From the NCBI RefSeq assembly GCF_000315625.1, contig NW_005434592.1:177225-241224 (forward strand): 64,000 nucleotides of DNA, given 5' to 3'. Positions 1 to 17,490 of this stretch are shown here, one piece after another (the stretch's first letter is position 1; each line of letters starts with the position of its first letter). This stretch comes from Guillardia theta CCMP2712. Its lineage: Eukaryota; Protista; Cryptophyta. Made by a program: the position numbers and the translations under genes. Under the pieces are notes generated by a model. That model saw only the letters and a list, made by a program, of their open reading frames with translations, had not been told where the DNA came from and ran no database searches.

Positions 1-347
1 CATACCAAACCCAAGGATGCCGTCGACTCCTAGTAGGTCAAACCATCAGATCGCGACAGAGATAGGTAGAAGGGGAAGGCGGGGGGCGGGGGAAGAAAAA
101 GGAGAAAGGAAGCGAGAGGGGAAGAAAGGAAGGGAGAGGGGAAGTAGACGAAAGGGAGGAGGAGAGAGGGAGGAGGAGAGAGGGAGGAGGAGAGAGGGAG
201 GAGAGAGGGTCGGGAGATCGCACCGTTAAAGTCAGGGCTGTTGCAATCCGTGATGGAGCCAAACTGAGGTCTTGCATATCAGATACAGAAGGGGCAAGCA
301 AGATCGAACAGCAAGAATGAAGGTGGACGAGAACGACGTCAGAGTAC

Positions 348-399
<52 letters not shown>

Positions 400-1467
400 A
401 ACGATGATGATAATGACGACGATGATCACATCGTGAAGAAATGTTGGGAAGCAGGGGAAGCACAAGCCGTACCTTGGTCTCCACGAAAAAATCTCCCAGT
501 TGCACGACATCCCTGCTCTGAACAAGCAGTCACAAACCTATTCCACCCTCTCACCCATTCCAAATTTCTCCTCTCCTCCTCCTCTACTCCTGCTGCCCTT
601 CATCCTCCTCTCCGTTCCACTGCTGCTTCTTTATTCTCCTTGACCTTCTCCTCAACTTACTTGAAATCCCTTGAGATGAGAGTTATCTGCGTATGCGAGC
701 AAGAACATCTGCGCATCAAACATCACCTTCATCTCTCTTCCCTCCCCTCCCCTCCCCTCCCCTCCCCTCTCCTCTCCTCTCCTCTCCTCTCCTCTCCTCT
801 CCTCTCCTCTCACCTGCTTGGGCACCACATGGAAGCTCTTGCTCTTTGACGGATCGTAGACGGTCGAGTTCTTGGGGTAGAAGGGGATTTTGAACCCGCT
901 GCTTGCCGACGATGATGACGACGACAGTTCCTGGAACTGCCCTCCGACCCCAGAAAGCGTCCCGAATGTGGGGCTGAGCACGCCATGCGTCAACGGTAGG
1001 AATGGAAGAAGGCAGCAGAGGAAGAGCTGGAGGGTCGGGACGACGATGATGACAAGGCAGGGGAGAAGCAGGAGGCAGGGAGGGGGACAGGGAGAGAGAG
1101 GGAGAAAGGAAGGAGAGGGAAATGTTCGGGTAGGAGACCTTGAATGTTGATCTTCATCCTGCAGCAGCTCCTGCAGCGCTTGACTTCCTGCATGCCATGT
1201 CAGCATCCCCGTCCTTGTCGCCCTCGCTCCCTCACCCTCCTCACTGCTGCTCATCTCTGCGATCCTCTCTGCCGCGTCCCTCTCGGAAGGGCTCAACCTC
1301 AGGCTGCTCGCGTGCCCACATATCAACGTTGCGCACAACAGGAAGGGAAGGATCCTGTCAGCGGGAGGAGGAGGAGGAGGAGGAGGAGGAGGAGGAGGAG
1401 GAGGAGGAGGAGGAGGAGGAAAAACCGTTAGAAGCGGAGAGTTGTCAAGAAGGATGGCGTACCTCAT
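1..1467 (-). CDS. Secreted pepsin-family (A1) aspartic-protease-like protein, multi-exon, 3' end runs off the window
   Basis: Manual GT-AG splicing gives a signal peptide MRILPFLLCATLICGHASS, then STVYDPSKSKSF, FLLAYADNSHLKGFQ (flap), SRDVVQLGDFFVETK and FGSITDCNSPDFNGVDGILGFGM, in the order expected for the A1 N-lobe (YDPSKS; YxDxS; DGILGxG). Confidence 0.75.
347..426. repeat. (GAT)n microsatellite in an intron
   Basis: Direct read of the tgatgatga... tract. Confidence 0.95.
1364..1420. repeat. (GGA)n microsatellite in the first intron of the protease-like gene
   Basis: Direct read. Confidence 0.95.
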
Positions 1468-2089
1468 TGCCGTCAACCAAGTCTGGGTCACTCGTGTGCC
1501 CGTCTCCTCCTCCAAGTGGTTTGCTCCTCGTTGATCTCTTCCTGCTCGAGGCGTCAAACGCTTCCCCGGCGATCCAGAATGGCAGTAACGAGTGGGGTGA
1601 AAGAGGGTGCGGCATGAAGGGACGCCGGGAAAGAGCGTCCGCACGCAAGGGACGGACGCGTCAAGGTCTTTGGGGGTGCATTATGCAAGCGAAATGGTTT
1701 CAGTGAGGAGGAGAGGAATGGTGGAGAACTGTAGGTCAGTGAAGGATAGCAGCGGTGACAAGTCGGATCGAATCGGCAGGGCAGGGATACGGCGAGGATC
1801 ATGGAGAGCGCTGGAGAGCTGTTCGATGGCGGAGATCAAGAGGAGGAGGAGGAGGAGGAGGAGGAGGAGGAGGATGAAGGAGAAGAGGAAGAGGAAGAGG
1901 AAGAGAAGGAGAAGGAGAAGGAGGATGATGATGAAGAGGAGGAGGGTTCTGATGCGCCAGGAGGAGGTGGTGGTGGCGAAGCAAGCGCAGTGGAGCAGCA
2001 TGCAGCGATGGTGAGTCACCTAGTCTGGCCCTCATCCCCACACATGCAGATCGGATCGGATCCCAGGACTTCATTGCCGATATCATAGT

Positions 2090-2480
2090 CTTTACTCAAA
2101 GACAGTTAAGCTAAAAATTAGTACGAGGACAATCAGGAGACCCTGACACTCTGTCGCACAGGCCATACGACTCCGGCCGGGCCGGGGCCACGCGCCGCGC
2201 GCCGCCCGGCCGGTCTGAGAGTCACCGCCGGTCCGGGAGCCCGGCGGGGTGCCCCCCCCGGCCCGCTCGCCGGGGGGCCCGGCCGGGCCCCGGCGCTACT
2301 AGGCTACTGGGCCGCCATACTACTGAGCCCGGCGTTCACGGTTCGAATTGCACCAGTGAGCCGTTCGACTCGAGTCCGAGTCAGCCCGCCGGCCCGGCAG
2401 CAGGCCCCCCGGGCCGCCTGGTCCGAGTCGCCGCGGCCGCCGCAGCAGTGGCCGCAGCCAGGTTGGTAGGAGCCTGATCC
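2090..2480. repeat. GC-rich micro-palindrome island in a divergent intergenic region
   Basis: Dense CCGG/GGCC/GAGTC/GACTC words. It opens with CTTTACTCAA...AGTACGAGGACAA-TCAGGAGAC, also present at 54877-54945. Confidence 0.65.
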
Positions 2481-2582
2481 GATCCAAACCACCCCATATC
2501 TAAGAGGGGTACTCATCTATGCCTAGGAGGGGTACTGTCACCTGCCACCTATGGTAAGCAAGCCCGCTTCAGCGCCGCAGGC

Positions 2583-5500
2583 ATGCCGCGTCGTAACGCT
2601 GTTCCGGTGAGTAGAAGGCGGGAAGATGGGGCGGGGAGGAGGAGGTATGCTGTGACAATGAGAGGAAAGTAGAACAGCATGCTTGTTCTCACTCCATCCC
2701 TCCACGGAAACCTGCGAGATCAGGGCGAGAGACCGGCTCCCTGACCCGACCATGATCCCGACGAGGAGGGAATGGCTTCGTCCCCTCAGGACGCAAGTCT
2801 CGCTCCCGTGTCTTGTCCTCCTGCACCCTCTCCCTGTCTCAGCTCCCCATCCTTTGGGATCGACAACCAACCCCTCCGCCTGCTCTTGTTCCATGCCGTG
2901 ACCAGCCCTCGACTGACTCGCTGCTACAGGAGAGAGTTTCAGGGGAACAGCAGCACACGGAGGTAGTGACGGTGAAGCTCCCGCACCAATGGATGCCCAA
3001 AGCCCGTATGAAGGCGGTCAGCCCCCTCGGCATTCCCTTCGAGTTCGTCCCTCACCCCGAGTCCCGGCCATGCGGCACGCTGGAAATCCGCGTCTACTCA
3101 ATGAAGGGACCTCCTGGGGAGACCTCTACGAACGCCGACAAACCCGTGCCATGCCGCGTCGTCGGCAAGGAAGTGAGTGCGTCAGAAACGACGGAGGAGA
3201 CGGAGGAGACGGAGGATGTTGGTTCTCTTGCTCATTGTAGGGTGTGCAACGACGGAGGCGACGACGAGAGCATGCTGCTGTGTGACGTTTGCGACAACGG
3301 GTTTCACATCTACTGCCTGAGTCCGCCACTGGCGGCGATACCGGAGGGAGAATGGCATTGCTCGGAGTGCTCGAAGAACATGCCGGATTGGGCGAGATTC
3401 AAAGTCAATGACAGGTAGCTGGACAGGTCAAGTATGCTGGAAAACTTGCAGCCTGACGCTGAACGGCAGATGCGTTGCCTTGTTCGAACAACAATCATGG
3501 CTTGTCAAGATCTTGAAGATAGATGGCCAGGAAGCCTTCGTGCACTTTGATGGGTGGAAGAAGAAAGAGAATATGTGGATCCAGCGCAAGATCCTGAGGC
3601 CCGTTCCCCCCAAGGAGGAGCTCACCAGAGTGTACAAAGGGAAGTTATTGACAGAGGAGGAGGAGCAGCAGTTGAAGTCGAAGAAGTTGAAGAAGAAAAA
3701 GGAAGACAAGAAGACCGCCAAGATGAAAAAGAAACTCAAGGAGATTCAGAAGCTTATCAAGTCGGTCGAGGCAGAGAAGAAAAAAGGGAACGGGGAAACG
3801 TCAGCGAGCAAACTCTCGAGCTCTTTCATCGAAGAGCTCAACAAGGTAGGGAAGGCTTCAGCGAAGCAGGCGTGTGAGAGCTCCAACACAAGTGCTTCCA
3901 CGGTCGATCAGAAGTCCGAACGAGAAGCTATCAACGCGAGATGGATGCTTAAGCTGAAAGGCAGGATCCATCACACCAACTCCCTCCCCAACATCACCAC
4001 CCTGTCAGCTGGATGTGACGACGGATGGAGCGACTGTTGTGTGGAGTGCGGCGAGACAGGAGAGTTGCTCTGCTGCGACACATGCCCGAGGACCTTCTGT
4101 CTCGACTGCACGCGCCTGAACAAGGTGCCCAGAGGAAAGTGGAGCTGCCGCTCTTGCGTCAACTCCCAGCGGATGATCGCGACAGGAGGAGGGATAGGAA
4201 GCGACCAGATCCTCCTGCAGATCCAGAGGTTGTGCGAGACGTTCCCCATGACCCACTTCCTAGGCGCGCTCTCCTTTGACATCGCGCGCGTGCGGGCACT
4301 GGCGCAGGCGTGCAGGAACGAGGGAATATCTCTGAACGGGATGCATGAGGTCTCGACAGCCCGGGAGGCCGTCGACAAGCTCAACGGCCTGCTGGAGAAA
4401 GCGACGGTGGTCAATGGCGGGGAGAAGCCTGGGGATGCGGAGAAGGAAGGAGCCGAAGCAGGGGCGGGGAAGGAGGAAGGAGGAGGAGAGCAGGGGGGCA
4501 GAGGAGGGGCAGGAGAGGGCCAAGGCGACAAATCGACGAGAGTCAGCAAGGTAGTTGCACCGATAGCTCTACCTCCCAAGTACCAGAAGTACGAGGAGGT
4601 CGTCACAAAGTTCTGCCAGGACGGAGTTTGCCGGCCCAACATCGCCCTGACGGCGGAGCAGGTGGAGATGTGCAGGGAGGCTGTGTCGAACTACTACAAC
4701 CGAGTCAAGTACACCATCCAGACGCTGCAGCTCAACGACAAGCTGGAGCAGCAGGGCTTTGCTGAGTTCAAACTGAGGTGCGCCGGTAGGTACGACATGC
4801 AGGTCCCGGAGCTGGAGACCGAGGCCTTCAAGTTCCTGCGGGAGGACGCGCCATGGCTGGAGAGCGTGCACGCGATCTTGGGAGAGGACTGCAAACTGAC
4901 CGTGATCGGCTGCATGCTGTCTCAGCCCGGCTCGCAGACGCAGCAGTGGCACTCGGATGGAGATCACTTGAGCGAGCACGAGCACCTTCCCCCGTACGCC
5001 GTCAACATCTTCGTCCCTCTGGTGGACATGAACTCAGCGCTCGGGCCCACCGAGTTCGTGCCGACGACCCACCTGCTGTTCAACTACGAGCCGATCACTA
5101 GCATCACCCCCATCACCATCTGCACCCCAGCAGGAGAGTGCCTCTTCTTCGACTACAGGATCAAGCACAGAGGCCTCGGCAACCGAGGTCACTACGCGCG
5201 CCCCATGCTCTACATCACCTACGGGACCAAGGCATGGGCGGACAAGGCAAACTTCAGCAAGAAACGCTACGCCAAGCTCCCTCCCCTCCTCAATCAAAGG
5301 CCTCCCCGCAGCCAGCTGCCCGTGGACAGGGAGGACCGCATGAAGTTGCTAGAGGCCACAACAAGCCCGGACAAGAAGGGGGGAAAGAAGCGGACGATGA
5401 AGGCTGACGGGGAGGAGGGAGAGAAACCCCAAGAGGAGTCTAAGGATGGAGACTCTCAGAAGGCAGCTGAGAAACCCCAAGAGGAGGGTAACGAGGGAGA

Positions 5501-5597
5501 CAAGGCAGCTGCTCCCCCCAAGGACAGCCAGAGGTCGGCAAAGCGACAGGCTAAGAGCACAGTGACCAAGATGAAGAGCGAGCCCAACAATGCCTGA
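2583..5597 (+). CDS. PHD finger - chromo-barrel/Tudor-knot - PHD finger - PhyH-like Fe(II)/2-oxoglutarate dioxygenase fusion protein
   Basis: ORFs 2813-3418 and 3408-5597 join across a short intron. PHD1 CRVC..MLLCDVCDNGFHIYCLSPPL..PEGEWHCSEC; chromo-barrel AFVHFDGWKKKENMWI; PHD2 CVECGETGELLCCDTCPRTFCLDC..WSCRSC; dioxygenase QQWHSDG..VNIFVPLVD..GPTEFVPTTH..AGECLFFDYRIKHRGLGN..RPMLY. The start codon is tentative. Confidence 0.85.
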
Positions 5598-5639
5598 GGA
5601 TCGACAATGATGACCTTCGAGTCGCCTCCTCATCAAACA

Positions 5640-6050
5640 GAGTGACAGTGACGTCTGATCACCCGGGCTATCACCGGGTTATTGCAAGACTCTCAGTGTT
5701 CCGAATTCAATTAGTATCATCAGACCAGTAAACAACCATGTACATCACTAAGTCGCTCGACTTGACAAAGGAAGTTGGCAAGCCGCTGAGACTGTCTCAC
5801 TGCCGTCACGCCGATTCACTGCGGTGCCGTACCATGATGGCCCGCTCCGAGTCGGCGATCGGACTCCGGAAGGGCGGCCCGGCCCGTCCCGCCCGGCGGC
5901 CCGGCCCCGGCTTCATCGAGTCATCACTAGCCCGGGCGCTTCAGCTGCAGTCATGCGATTCATCGTAGTCACAGGCTCAGGCCTCCCGGATGCCTGCTGA
6001 CGGTCCCGGGGCCCGCCGGGCCGCGCCGCAGGCTCGCCTCGCCTCAACTC
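5640..6050. repeat. GC-rich micro-palindrome island upstream of the glutaredoxin
   Basis: CCCGGG, GGGCCC, GCCGGC and GAGTC words cluster here; no credible ORF. Confidence 0.5.
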
Positions 6051-6065
6051 ATAAAGGTGACAATC

Positions 6066-7384
<1,319 letters not shown>

Positions 7385-7667
7385 TGTATGAGAGAAGAGT
7401 AAAGAGTCTTCCTTGTTGTAGGATGCGGAAGGAACGAGGTGGAGGAGGTAGGTAGTAGAGGGGTTGAAAGTGATACTTTTGAGAGATAGACCAAAGTTGG
7501 GGCAGAAGGGGGCAGGCAGTAGCAGAGGGAGGGAGGTCAAGAAGGGGAAACGCGGAGGGGAGGGGAGGAGGATGAGCAGGAGGAGGAGTTTTTGGGAGGA
7601 GGAGGAGGAGGAGGAAGAGGAGGAGGAGGAGGTTGTCAGATCTTTATCACAACGTCAGCAAGCAGCA

Positions 7668-10809
<3,142 letters not shown>

Positions 10810-11715
10810 GGCTGCTCAGCTCTAAGGACACACCACAAGCTCCACCGCAGCTCCTCTCCCTTCAAGCTCTTCTCCTGCCCTCACCAAAGCAACCCTGAAC
10901 CTCCTGCTTCTTCCATTCGATCACTGATGACGTCCCATGACTTCCACACTTTTGGCTGACCAGCTTGGAAGGCTGCAGCAGTCAAATATGTCAGTTTGCA
11001 ATCCAACTAATTTTCGTGTTCGAACATTCAGAGAAGGAAAGGGAGTTCGGTAAAATCCTAACAAACCTTCACTTGAAACACTATTAATCAGCAACAGCTC
11101 TCTTACGAAAGACCCCATCATGAACTTTGTCTCAACTGAATGAAATTATCTCTACAATACTATCCTCTGGCCCCTCAAGCTTGATATTCATCAACCTCAC
11201 ACTATTCTCGAAGGATCATATGCTAGTTGTCTACTAAAAGAGCCGCCTGTTTGTCTCAACAAGCTTGATCTGATTCCGATGTGAGTGACCCACATCAATG
11301 CCTGCCAGACCTTTTGATCTCTTCTCCTCTCTTTCTTGCTTCGGATTTATCGATTCATCTGTGTCTTACCCACTCACAGACCCTGCTCTTGCTCCTGGAC
11401 CCTATCTCGCTCTTCCCAACACAATGTGTGCATCAATGCACATAGGAGCATGGCGCGCCAGCAGGGCTCATGATCACAAACTTCATCAAAATCTCAAACA
11501 CGAATTGATCTTCTTCCATGTTGCAGCATCATGCGTTCTCATCCCGCTTTTCCTCTATCTCCACGCCATCGCTTACCTCATGCCGCCGAAAACCGTTTAT
11601 ATCGTTACATACCGTTGAATATCGTTATGTCATTTTTCCCGGGTCCCTTGGTTGCCGGATGGCCGGTGGTTCCGCAACTGGACGCATCTAGCAGTCCATG
11701 CAAGGAGGGGACGCC

Positions 11716-13189
11716 ATGGAGGAGGAGGAGGCGCAGGGAGACCTGAGGAGACCAGGGAGAAGAAGAGAGGAAGGGGATCAGAACGAGAGTCCGCACGTCT
11801 TCGACTACATGCATGAGGTTGCGCTCGTTGTGCGATCGTGCTTCGGGCTAGTTACATGGAACTTCTGCAGATCAAGACCGGAGAAGGGAGGTTTGCCGCC
11901 CATGCTACTCGGTCGACGTCGGGGGAGGAGGCGAGGCTTTCGAACGATGCAACATGGGGGCTGCTGACGCGCGTCACAGGATCAAAGGCCCGTGCTCTTC
12001 ATGCTCCATGGGGCTGGTCAGTCATCATGGAGCTGGAGCCGACTGGGCAAGGAGCTCCGTCAGAAATGTGAGTTGCTAGCGCTGGATCTCCACGGACATG
12101 GCGAGACGAATGTTCCTTGGCAACCGTCATCCAGGTGCATGCATGTTCCCTCCTCGTTAGGCCGAGGTGATCGATTGCTAACTTTAACCGCAAGCTTGCA
12201 AGCGACGGCGAAAGATATCGCAGAGGCTCTGAACCGCTCTCATGGAGGAGGCAGGAGCTGCCCAGTAGTGCTCGTAGGCCACAGCCTAGGTGGAGCTATT
12301 GCTGTCGAGATCGCCCAAAAGGTGACACGGTTGTGAGGTGGGATCCACTGGTTGGGTGACCTGACAACCAGGAACTTATACACAATCTGAAAGCGATCGT
12401 AATTATAGAAACCTCAGAGGGATTGGTGAAAGACAGCATGTCGAGAGCAAGGCAGTTCTTGGGTGATCGTATCTCTGGACTTTCTGACGGATTCTCATCT
12501 CTGCGACGGTAGACAGGAGGCCGACTCGGTTTGGCAGCGTAGACGAGGCGGTGAACTGGGCTATTGATTCAGGTACGGAGACCTGATGGAGATGGAAAGC
12601 TGACTTCGAGAAGAAATCTACAAGAGTAGAGAGGCTGCAGAATCATCTGTCCCGAGGATGTTGGTTGAGGATGGTGATGGTATATCATCAGAAATGTTTC
12701 CTTTCCACTTGCCTGATCTCCGAGCCCTGCAGGGTGGGTTTGGAAAACCAACCTTTCGGAGAAGTTAGAAGATGCGAGCAAATGGTTTGAAGGGGCTTCA
12801 AACAACTTTATCAAATTGTGATAGAGAACCGCGGATGAGAGTCGGAGCTGACAGTGTGCAGGAAATGTCATAAGTTGGTGATTGTCTGTGCCAAGGAGAG
12901 TCTAGACTGCAACCTCATGGTAGGGAGCATGCAAGGGCTTTTTCAGGTGAATCGTTGCAGGAGTTTGAGCAGCATTCAATAATGGAAAAGCTCACTGAGA
13001 TCAACCAGGCGGAGATTATTCCCGGCGGTCATATGATACACGAAGAAAGGTGCGGCCTGTGATTGCGTTTGCAACAGTCTTGCTCAACAGTGTATGAGCA
13101 GACCAAAGGATGTAGCAAAGCTTATCATCAACTTCCTGAGCCGATGGAAGCTTTTAACGCCTGTGCAAGGCAAGCCGACCTCGCCTTAA
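11716..13189 (+). CDS. PPME1: Protein phosphatase methylesterase 1-like alpha/beta hydrolase (many short exons)
   Basis: LHGAGQSSWSW, ALDLHGHGET, LVGHSLGGAIA nucleophile elbow, IETSEG, RPTRFGSVDEAVNW, WVWKTNL, WFEGASNNF, LMVGSMQGLFQ and GHMIHEE match the PME-1 motif series. Confidence 0.75.
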
Positions 13190-13283
13190 CGCACCGACGG
13201 GGAATAATAAGAATTCAAAGCCGCAAGAGGCTACCAGTCCGAGTCAAGAAGCTTGTGTACTTTAGACGTTGTCTTGCTTGTCT

Positions 13284-14350
13284 TCAATCCTCGATCCAAG
13301 TATGTGTTGATCTGATGAGTGTCAATAAAGGGCATTCGTGATAGACGAGAGAACTCACTGCAAGCCCTTTCCCGGGCTCGTTGACAATGAATTCATCTGT
13401 GAATTCGCCTGGAACGGACAATGCATGAGCGGCGTACTCAGCAAGTGAAGGCGCATGTCCGGTCACCTTGTCTGCCCCTCCACTTATTAGGCATGTCAGC
13501 TACTCGAGGGGCTTTCCCCCCAATCTCGTGTGAAGTTGTTGTATAACATGGGTGCTGAGACAACGGTCAGAGGGAAAGATCATTGCCCGGGTAGGTTTCA
13601 CACCTGTGACTTTGCCTTGTGTGCAAATGCGCTGCATTACAAAAATCAGAGTCAACGATAACGAAATGGAAGAAAGTGTGGCAGCGACATGCCTTGCATC
13701 TCTGAATCTCTCTGGTAACACATTGCTGTTACCAAATGGATCCACAAAGACTTGTGTGTCTTGCTGGTCCTTGCTAGCAAACGAGCTCCATGTCTTGAAC
13801 TCATCGAAAGTGATGTACTCAGCGTCCAGCTTCATCATCTCGTTTACAACGTTTGCTTCGTCAATTTCAACAATCCCCATCTGCACATGGGGAGAATGGC
13901 TGAGCAACATGGTGAAGCAGAAAAATGGATATAACACCTTTCGGACTTCAGCTACGTACAGGACGAGATCATCGAGATTCAGCTTTCCGTCTCTGTCCTT
14001 GTCAAAAATACTGCAAACAGAAGTTTACGATCTCTGAGTTGTCCTCCTAATAGGCTAAAACGTGTTCATGTGGAACAATCTATCTATCAGTATGGAGTAT
14101 CCAAGAGGAACAGATTCATCAACTTGAGACTATGTCGTAATACATGACAATTCAAACATCGTTTCATCGTGTTGGTGGTGTAGTCCCTCCAATATTGATT
14201 TCCTTGATAACGGAAAACCTCCCTCGTGACCAGCTGATTTTGCTTGTCCTCCTGTCCTCCTGTCCTCCTGTCCTCCTGTCCTCCTGTCCTCCTGTCTTAC
14301 CCGAAGAGTTTCCGCAGGCATCGCCATGATGAATCTTCCTCCGACATTTT
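13284..14350 (-). CDS. EF-hand-containing hypothetical protein (exon structure uncertain)
   Basis: Canonical EF loop IFDKDRDGKLNLDDL near 13970-14010 and a degenerate second hand (MMKLDAEYITFDEFK), with flanking GT-AG sites. Confidence 0.5.
14245..14297. repeat. (TCCTCCTG)n 8-bp tandem repeat in a probable intron
   Basis: Direct read. Confidence 0.9.
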
Positions 14351-14802
14351 TCAACGGATTCTCAACCGCCTCTGACAGTCACCTAGATTAGCAACCCTAC
14401 CCCCAACTCCAATCTACCACCCACCCCACCCCATACCACCCCACACTACCCCGCCATATACCCATTGTTCAGCCTTTATATTGCATCCCCTCTTTCTGGG
14501 CTACCCCTTCGTCCTTTTGTACCCCACCCTAGTCTTCCCATATGAGCCAGCCTGTTGGTAGTGGGGGGTGGGGGCGGAGGGGTTCTGGAAGGGCTCACTG
14601 GGCTCAAAATAGCGCTAGAGGTGAAAACGGCGCAGCGGGTGAAGGATGCGGGTGAAGGATGCTGACATTGGAGCAAGTGGGAGAGGGAGAGTGGAGGACA
14701 GGACAGGTGATGAGAAGCAGCGGCGTCTGCATGTGAAAGACGGCTGTAGTTTGAAGGGTAGGCCAGTGGTAGTTCATTGCATGCCATGATATTACGCTGT
14801 TC

Positions 14803-15373
14803 ATGGGATATCGGCTCACTAGGCAGTTTTGGAGGAGGATGCACAGAAAAAGAGTGTCACATATAATGTTTAAAAGACAAGTCCATTGACATCTTCGCAT
14901 GACATTGCCGATGTGTAGGACTGATGTGAAGGAGTACAATTTTTGCCTGAGTAGTTTGTGGCGTTTCTGCAATTACGGAGAAATTGGATCTTGACACAGT
15001 AATCGATCATTGAAAGAGCTTCACTCAACCTGGCGCTGATTGATGATATGGCCATAACAATTTTGCAAGTTTTGGGCCAGTAACCTGACTTGGGTGCCAA
15101 ATGGTACCGTGATAGACCTATCCTTCGAGCCCTCACATCATATCCTCCGTATTTGAAATCGGACTGACGAGCTACTCGCAGATGTTTAGCACCATCCAGA
15201 AGTACTCGGAACTTCGCCAATCTCAGTTCTCCATGCTTGACGGCTACTCATTGACTGACGCAGATGTTCAGAAGTCTGCTCAGGACTGGGTAGATGAGAT
15301 CTACCCTGCATGTGGCGATGCAGCCAGCATGGCGGGCTGCATTCCCGCTGACAAGCAGCCGTGGGCCTGGTGA
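14803..15373 (+). CDS. Possible small hypothetical gene or gene relic
   Basis: Segment 15182-15373 is preceded by a ctgac...cag branch/acceptor signature and reads as protein-like; upstream exons are unresolved. Confidence 0.25.
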
Positions 15374-15439
15374 TTGATCGATCACTCGGCGACTCGGATC
15401 TTGATCAACCTGCCTCAGTTCAAGGTGGACTCCCTGGCG

Positions 15440-16560
15440 GTGCCACTTCATCGTGATGATTAGTTCGTCTAGAGTCAAGCTCGGGTGCCGCGCTAAATTA
15501 CTAAAGACAAGTTGGCGAATTGTTGTTCATCTGAGTGTTTCACTTCGAGTCAGTCAGATCGCCACTTCGAAGTCAAGTTCGTTCGAACTTCGAGTCAGTG
15601 GAAGTTCGCTCCGACGACTCAGCGAGTCACGGTCGAAGTTCGCTCGGCTCCGAGTCAGTCGACTGAGTTCGCTCTACTCAGCCTGGCAGTGAACCGCCGC
15701 TAGCCTGACTTGAAACTCCCGAAGTTCACAGGCTTTAAGTTCAGAGTCGGAGGGGAGTCACACTGTACTAGTGACTGAACAGGCTACTACGGTCACAATA
15801 AAGATGCCTCGGATCATATACCGCCCGGCCGGGCCCCACCGTCACGGTGGCATCAAAGGGCCCGGCCTGTAAACCAAGAAGTTACCGCCGTGTTTCAAGG
15901 CGGCCATGTAGCATGTCACAGTCACCCGGGACGCCGGAAGCAGGGGGCCGCTTTCTACCGTGAGCCGCTCAGAGTCGGAGCTGTCGGACGGTCACCGGGT
16001 CTTGCCGCGCTAGGGCGCGGCCGGCGCCCCTCTGCCGCGCGGCGGCTGCCCGACCGCTGAGCTAACAGAGTGTACTGTACGGTACACCAAGTTGCCGCGC
16101 GGCGTGGGGCGCGGCAGTCCCCCGGCTGACTGCCGCGCACTCCGCAGTTTGCCCCGGGCCGCGAGCGGCCGGGAGGTCCGTCCAATACTAAGCACTCAGT
16201 CACTGCCAGTAGTACTACCGTAACTTTCATGACACAGCTCGTGGCCCGGCGCCCGTGACTCGAATCGTCTGGCGGCATCCGGAGCCTTCGAGCGGCTTCG
16301 AGTCACGGCGACCGTCTGCGGGTCTTTGTATTAGCTTTGAAGGCGGACCGTCACGGCATAATTGGTCACGGGGTTCAATTCGATCCGTAAGTACCATGAA
16401 GTTTTAGTTACTTGACTCCGGCGACAGAGTCTGTATCTGAAGCAACGTGACGCGCAACGAGTTAGCCGGTCAAGTGGTGGAGCGAGGGGGCTAGGAGGGG
16501 TACGGTACTGAGACTAGAGTCAAGCACGGGTGTGATATCAGACTGCTGGGCTCGGCAGGC
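15440..16560. repeat. Large micro-palindrome island
   Basis: Iterated GAAGTTCG/CGAACTTC and GAGTCA/TGACTC words, then a CCGG/GGCC-rich core; AGGCTACT at 15781; CTAGGAGGGGTAC at 16491. Confidence 0.65.
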
Positions 16561-17490
16561 AGGAGTTAAAAGGTCACGATGGTGGCGAGAGGAACTTCCC
16601 CCTCAATAGCTCATTTCGTGATGTACATATGAAAAAGAGTGGTTTCCACTAACGACCACCTCAACAGGCTAAAAGAATATTGTAAAATCGGTTCTAAAGA
16701 GGTTAGTCCCTTAAAATGGATCCTATAATATTATAAAGTGTTTCCGCAAAGTGTCACGGATGCAGGCTATAGATGGAACCGGGTACTACTACGGTACACT
16801 GTCAGCGATTTCCTGGCTAAAATTTTAGCTGTTGGAGGTGATCAAAAACGTTTTTAAAACTGGCAGGTAGAATCAGCAACATCACCCTACCCCAAATACT
16901 GTTTTGCCTGTTTCTTGTCACCGGTACTTCTCAATATGGAAAGTACGGGTACAGCTTGGCACACCTACCCCACACACCTTTAACCTCTTCTGTTCCGTGA
17001 TAAAACTCCGAGTTTTAAACCACTCCCACCCACCCTGTCTCAATGAGATTTCCACCACCTCCTGTGTTGCCTCCAAAAGACAACTGCAAGGCTAGCATCC
17101 TCAGTTCTTTATGGTACCCACCTTTACATCACTAAATTGATAGTAATATGACCCGTACTTTCCCTAACGCTAGTGAAGTATGAGGGGTGCAGCAATGATT
17201 TATCAACTACCCCACCCTCGAAATGGATTTCATGTGGACCCCACCCATCTCACAATCTTCCCCGATAAACCTTCCTGTCGACAAGCTCTCCTCACGCGAT
17301 CCTGTGGCCACGCCATCTGCAGCACGCAAACAAGTGGCTCCTCCCAGTCATCCTTCTTGCTCGACGTCTCTTCGACACCTCGCTGCTCTTTAGCTTCAGT
17401 ATCGCAGTTCGCAGGACGTGAAAAGGTCATCGTACACTTGCCTGCTCGAGTTCCGAATTCGCCACAGTATTACACCAACGGAAGTTTGCA

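Noticed and set aside
1607-2088. Overlapping poly-Glu, poly-Arg and poly-Leu ORFs
   Set aside because: They are translations of a GAG/GAA microsatellite with no domain motif.
10921-11700. Short ORFs between CPSF2 and the PME-1-like gene
   Set aside because: No motifs or consistent splice structure; probably a divergent promoter region.
15440-15740. Iterated GAAGTTCG/GAGTCAG words suggesting a CRISPR array or tRNA T-loop
   Set aside because: No constant-length repeat-spacer periodicity and no cloverleaf; eukaryotic context with no cas genes.
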